NCBI GenBank assembly: GCA_000004985.1
Contig: GG739575.1
Source of the DNA: Naegleria gruberi
Lineage: Eukaryota
Reading direction: 5' to 3' (one strand)
Length of the DNA: 1,081 bases
A program made the translations under genes and the position numbers. This document shows positions 1 through 1,081 of this stretch, in pieces. The notes under the pieces are model-generated. The model had not been told where the DNA came from. It was given only the letters and a program-made list of their open reading frames with translations, and searched no databases. Position 1 is the stretch's first letter; each line of letters opens with the position of its first letter.

Positions 1-78
1 TCATTGGCATTCCATTTGTTTCTTAATTTCCTTAATTTTCTTATTGTAAACATCCACCATCAATACTTCCTTATTCAT
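1..78 (-). CDS. Small K/E-rich ORF MNKEVLMVDVYNKKIKEIKKQMECQ (25 aa) with stop TGA at 1-3. The same frame is open back to GTG 166-168 (55 codons, VLEPQLSLLREDLKVVDLKTNREIKKYFDS…) and overlaps the end of the long ORF in the +1 frame.
   Basis: ATG is the reverse complement of 76-78. The frame contains in-frame repeated EIKK/REIKK motifs, encoded by the recurring tcttaatttc 10-mer at 21-30 and 93-102 plus cttaatttt at 31-39. There is no convincing RBS (only AGAGA / TAAGAAAT upstream). The stop lies exactly at the window edge. It could be a small protein, or the displaced C-terminus of the upstream gene after a frameshift. Confidence 0.3.
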   Translation of the reverse strand: MNKEVLMVDVYNKKIKEIKKQMECQ

Positions 79-136
79 CGAATCAAAATATTTCTTAATT
101 TCTCTATTTGTTTTCAAATCAACAACTTTCAAATCT

Positions 137-883
137 TCACGCAGCAGAGACAATTGTGGTTCCAGCACCTACAGCTGCTGCACTAAGAAGAAGATTTGAT
201 TTCCTAGTTGTTTTGAATTCACAAGAGGTACTCCTTTTAAAATTCATTCTGTCAGAATATTTTGGGTGAATTGTGATTTCTGTACTGGATTCCTCTTGTT
301 TTACTTCTTTCTTTGATGAATCACCAGCAGATTCTACTATTTCCTCTTGTTTGATTGTTTCAAATTCTCTTGGTTTAGTTTCGTCCTGATTTGGAGATTC
401 TTGTTCAGAAGGTGGGATGACATCTAATTGCTGTTTTACAAAATCAATAGTTTTTTCTAATAAATCATTAGATGTTTCCTTGACTGACTGTAAAGCAGAT
501 TGTAAAGTTTCAGAATTTGAAACTTTAGAATATTGAGCAGAAACTTCTTGTTTTCCATTCTCAAACAATTCACCACCCTTTTCCATTAAATTATTTGACA
601 TCTCCTTCACAGATTGTAAAGTAGATTGCATAGCTTTAGAATTTACTATTTTTGCAAGTATTTGTTTTTTATATTCAATGTCATGACCAATAGTTGTAAT
701 TGATACAATATTTGTAAATATATCAAACAGAGAATTACTTTCGGAATGATCGGTTTCAGCACTTGCTTGATGAACGAAAATTCCTCCAAGAAGGAAAAAT
801 AACAGTAAAATTACGAGAATTCGTATTTGCATTTTTTTAAAAGAATTTTTAAATTGAAATTCCAAATGTTTACAATAACTCAT
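137..883 (-). CDS. Hypothetical secreted protein, 248 aa from ATG 883 or 231 aa from ATG 832. It has an N-terminal signal peptide, a duplicated 19-aa helical motif, an acidic low-complexity linker and an uncharged hydrophobic C-terminal tail.
   Basis: This is the longest ORF in the window (747 nt) and its stop is TGA at 137-139. There is no in-frame TAA or TAG across 248 codons of AT-rich DNA, which argues for real coding. The translated N-terminus has a classic n-h-c signal (MQIR + ILVILLLFFLLGGIFV + HQASA) with an AXA cleavage site before E43. Codon usage is coherent and AT-biased. The start is ambiguous: ATG 881-883 gives a 20-aa charged n-region, while ATG 830-832 (MQIR...) begins directly at the signal peptide and is preceded by an A-rich tract. 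Neither ATG has a GGAGG-like RBS. Confidence 0.72.
   Translation of the reverse strand: MSYCKHLEFQFKNSFKKMQIRILVILLLFFLLGGIFVHQASAETDHSESNSLFDIFTNIVSITTIGHDIEYKKQILAKIVNSKAMQSTLQSVKEMSNNLMEKGGELFENGKQEVSAQYSKVSNSETLQSALQSVKETSNDLLEKTIDFVKQQLDVIPPSEQESPNQDETKPREFETIKQEEIVESAGDSSKKEVKQEESSTEITIHPKYSDRMNFKRSTSCEFKTTRKSNLLLSAAAVGAGTTIVSAA
269..415 (-). other. Low-complexity acidic linker (aa 157-205): PPSEQESPNQDETKPREFETIKQEEIVESAGDSSKKEVKQEESSTEITI.
   Basis: The translation is rich in E, Q, S, K and P with no hydrophobic core. This is typical of a disordered spacer between a folded or helical domain and a C-terminal anchoring or sorting element. Confidence 0.5.
452..634 (-). repeat. Intragenic duplication: two copies of a 19-aa motif (AMQSTLQSVKEMSNNLMEK at aa 84-102, encoded by 578..634; TLQSALQSVKETSNDLLEK at aa 126-144, encoded by 452..508), offset by 42 aa.
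   Basis: The two motifs align without gaps at 13/19 identities, with conservative substitutions (M/L, T/A, N/D). At DNA level the 12-mer cagattgtaaag recurs at 496-507 and 610-621 on the plus strand. The copies differ at synonymous sites (tct gtg aag gag vs tca gtc aag gaa). This points to an old duplication kept at protein level rather than a recent DNA repeat. Confidence 0.6.
758..832 (-). other. Signal-peptide coding segment (aa 18-42 of the long ORF). Predicted SPase I cleavage is after Ala-Ser-Ala, between 758 and 757.
   Basis: Translation is MQIRILVILLLFFLLGGIFVHQASA followed by ETDH. It has one basic residue, a 16-aa hydrophobic core, a helix-breaking GG, and A-S-A at -3/-1. There is no Cys lipobox. 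Confidence 0.6.
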
Positions 884-965
884 CCAAATGAAAACGTTGT
901 TCGTTTCATGGATAGGATCTTTTTAAATAAAATGTCTATTTACAAAGTGTTATGAATTTGAATGT

Positions 966-1081
966 TTAGAATTGAAAGGAGGCACCCTGAAGGAACATTT
1001 GTAACATGTCTTCATTGGAAAGGAATGGATCAAAATTATCTGAATCGCAATTAGTTGTTGGACTCTCTAACAACTGAATGT
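966..1081 (-). CDS. Probable C-terminal fragment of an upstream minus-strand gene entering from the right edge (…IQLLESPTTNCDSDNFDPFLSNEDMLQMFLQGASFQF*), with stop TAA at 966-968.
   Basis: The minus-strand frame is open for 37 codons from the window edge to TAA (reverse complement of 966-968). The other two minus frames in this stretch stop within 5-10 codons. The peptide has protein-like composition. This would place three same-strand genes in series with an 82-nt spacer before ATG 883. A random open frame of this length in AT-rich DNA has a chance of roughly 5-10%, so this is only suggestive. Confidence 0.35.
   Translation of the reverse strand, partial: IQLLESPTTNCDSDNFDPFLSNEDMLQMFLQGASFQF
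975..982 (+). promoter_or_regulatory. Perfect Shine-Dalgarno-like AAAGGAGG on the plus strand without a start codon at functional spacing.
   Basis: GGAGG at 978-982. The nearest downstream ATG (1006) is 23 nt away. No ATG, GTG or TTG lies 5-12 nt downstream in an open frame (TTG 999-1001 is followed at once by TAA). On the minus strand the same bases encode G-A-S-F of the edge ORF, so the motif may be coincidental. Confidence 0.2.
1006..1077 (+). CDS. Candidate small ORF MSSLERNGSKLSESQLVVGLSNN (23 aa) on the plus strand. It is mutually exclusive with the minus-strand edge fragment.
   Basis: ATG 1006-1008 is preceded by AGGA (991-994) at an 11-nt spacing, and the stop is TGA at 1075-1077. 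It is short and overlaps the putative minus-strand coding frame. An ORF of this length is common by chance. Confidence 0.15.
   Translation: MSSLERNGSKLSESQLVVGLSNN

Noticed and set aside
141-180. Inverted repeat GCAGCAG (141-147) / CTGCTGC (174-180), with the palindrome CAGCTG at 173-178, close to the stop of the main gene. It could be read as a terminator stem.
   Set aside because: The arms are the Ala codons (gca gca gct … gct gcg) of the C-terminal tail. The loop would be about 26 nt. No T-tract follows on the minus strand. It lies upstream of the stop codon rather than downstream of it.
4-186. Plus-strand 60-aa ORF from the six-frame track (MAFHLFLNFLNFLIVNIHHQYFLIHRIKIFLNFSICFQ…).
   Set aside because: It is an F/L/I/N-rich low-complexity translation of a T-rich strand, which is what the antisense of K/E-rich minus-strand coding produces. 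It has no RBS and no protein-like composition, and it overlaps the stop region of the real minus-strand gene.
884-965. Minus-strand promoter for the main gene, for example TTGTAA…AAAGAT or TTCAAA…TAAATA.
   Set aside because: No -35/-10 pair combines good hexamer matches with a 16-19 nt spacing. I could not place a promoter with any confidence.
939-972. Plus-strand promoter-like hexamers TTTACA (939-944) and TAGAAT (967-972).
   Set aside because: The spacer is 22 nt, outside the 16-19 nt range of a sigma-70/sigma-A promoter. Hexamers like these are expected by chance in 30% GC DNA.
1051-1077. 7-bp hairpin AGTTGTT-(9 nt)-AACAACT.
   Set aside because: The stem is AT-rich with only two G:C pairs, and no U-run follows on either strand. 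It sits inside candidate coding sequence in both gene models. It is not a credible intrinsic terminator.
1-1081. CRISPR arrays, tRNA or rRNA genes, IS or transposon ends, integrase or att-like repeats.
   Set aside because: There is no regularly spaced direct-repeat and spacer pattern. There is no GC-rich structured RNA-like segment. I saw no terminal inverted repeats or recombinase-like ORF in the window. The only repeats are the intragenic coding repeats described above.

Overview
This 1081-bp window is AT-rich (roughly 30% GC) and is dominated by one minus-strand ORF (137..883, 248 aa). It encodes a probable secreted protein with four parts: an N-terminal SPase-I-type signal peptide (MQIRILVILLLFFLLGGIFVHQASA|E), two copies of a 19-aa helical motif ([AT][ML]QS[TA]LQSVKE[MT]SN[ND]L[ML]EK), an acidic P/E/Q/S/K-rich low-complexity linker, and an uncharged Ala/Gly/Thr-rich hydrophobic tail that ends the protein. 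I could not recognise a named homologue by eye. Both flanks appear to carry further minus-strand coding. At the right edge, a 37-codon reading frame enters the window and stops at TAA 966-968. At the left, a short K/E-rich ORF with in-frame EIKK repeats lies in the +1 frame relative to the main gene and ends with TGA exactly at positions 1-3. Neither candidate start of the main ORF (ATG 883 or ATG 832) has a recognisable Shine-Dalgarno sequence. A perfect AAAGGAGG sits on the opposite strand with no start codon at usable spacing. The source taxon (low-GC Firmicute, Bacteroidetes-like non-SD bacterium, Mollicute or AT-rich eukaryote) cannot be fixed from the sequence alone. No tRNA, rRNA, CRISPR array or obvious mobile-element signature is visible. 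The window is too small to establish any multi-gene system.
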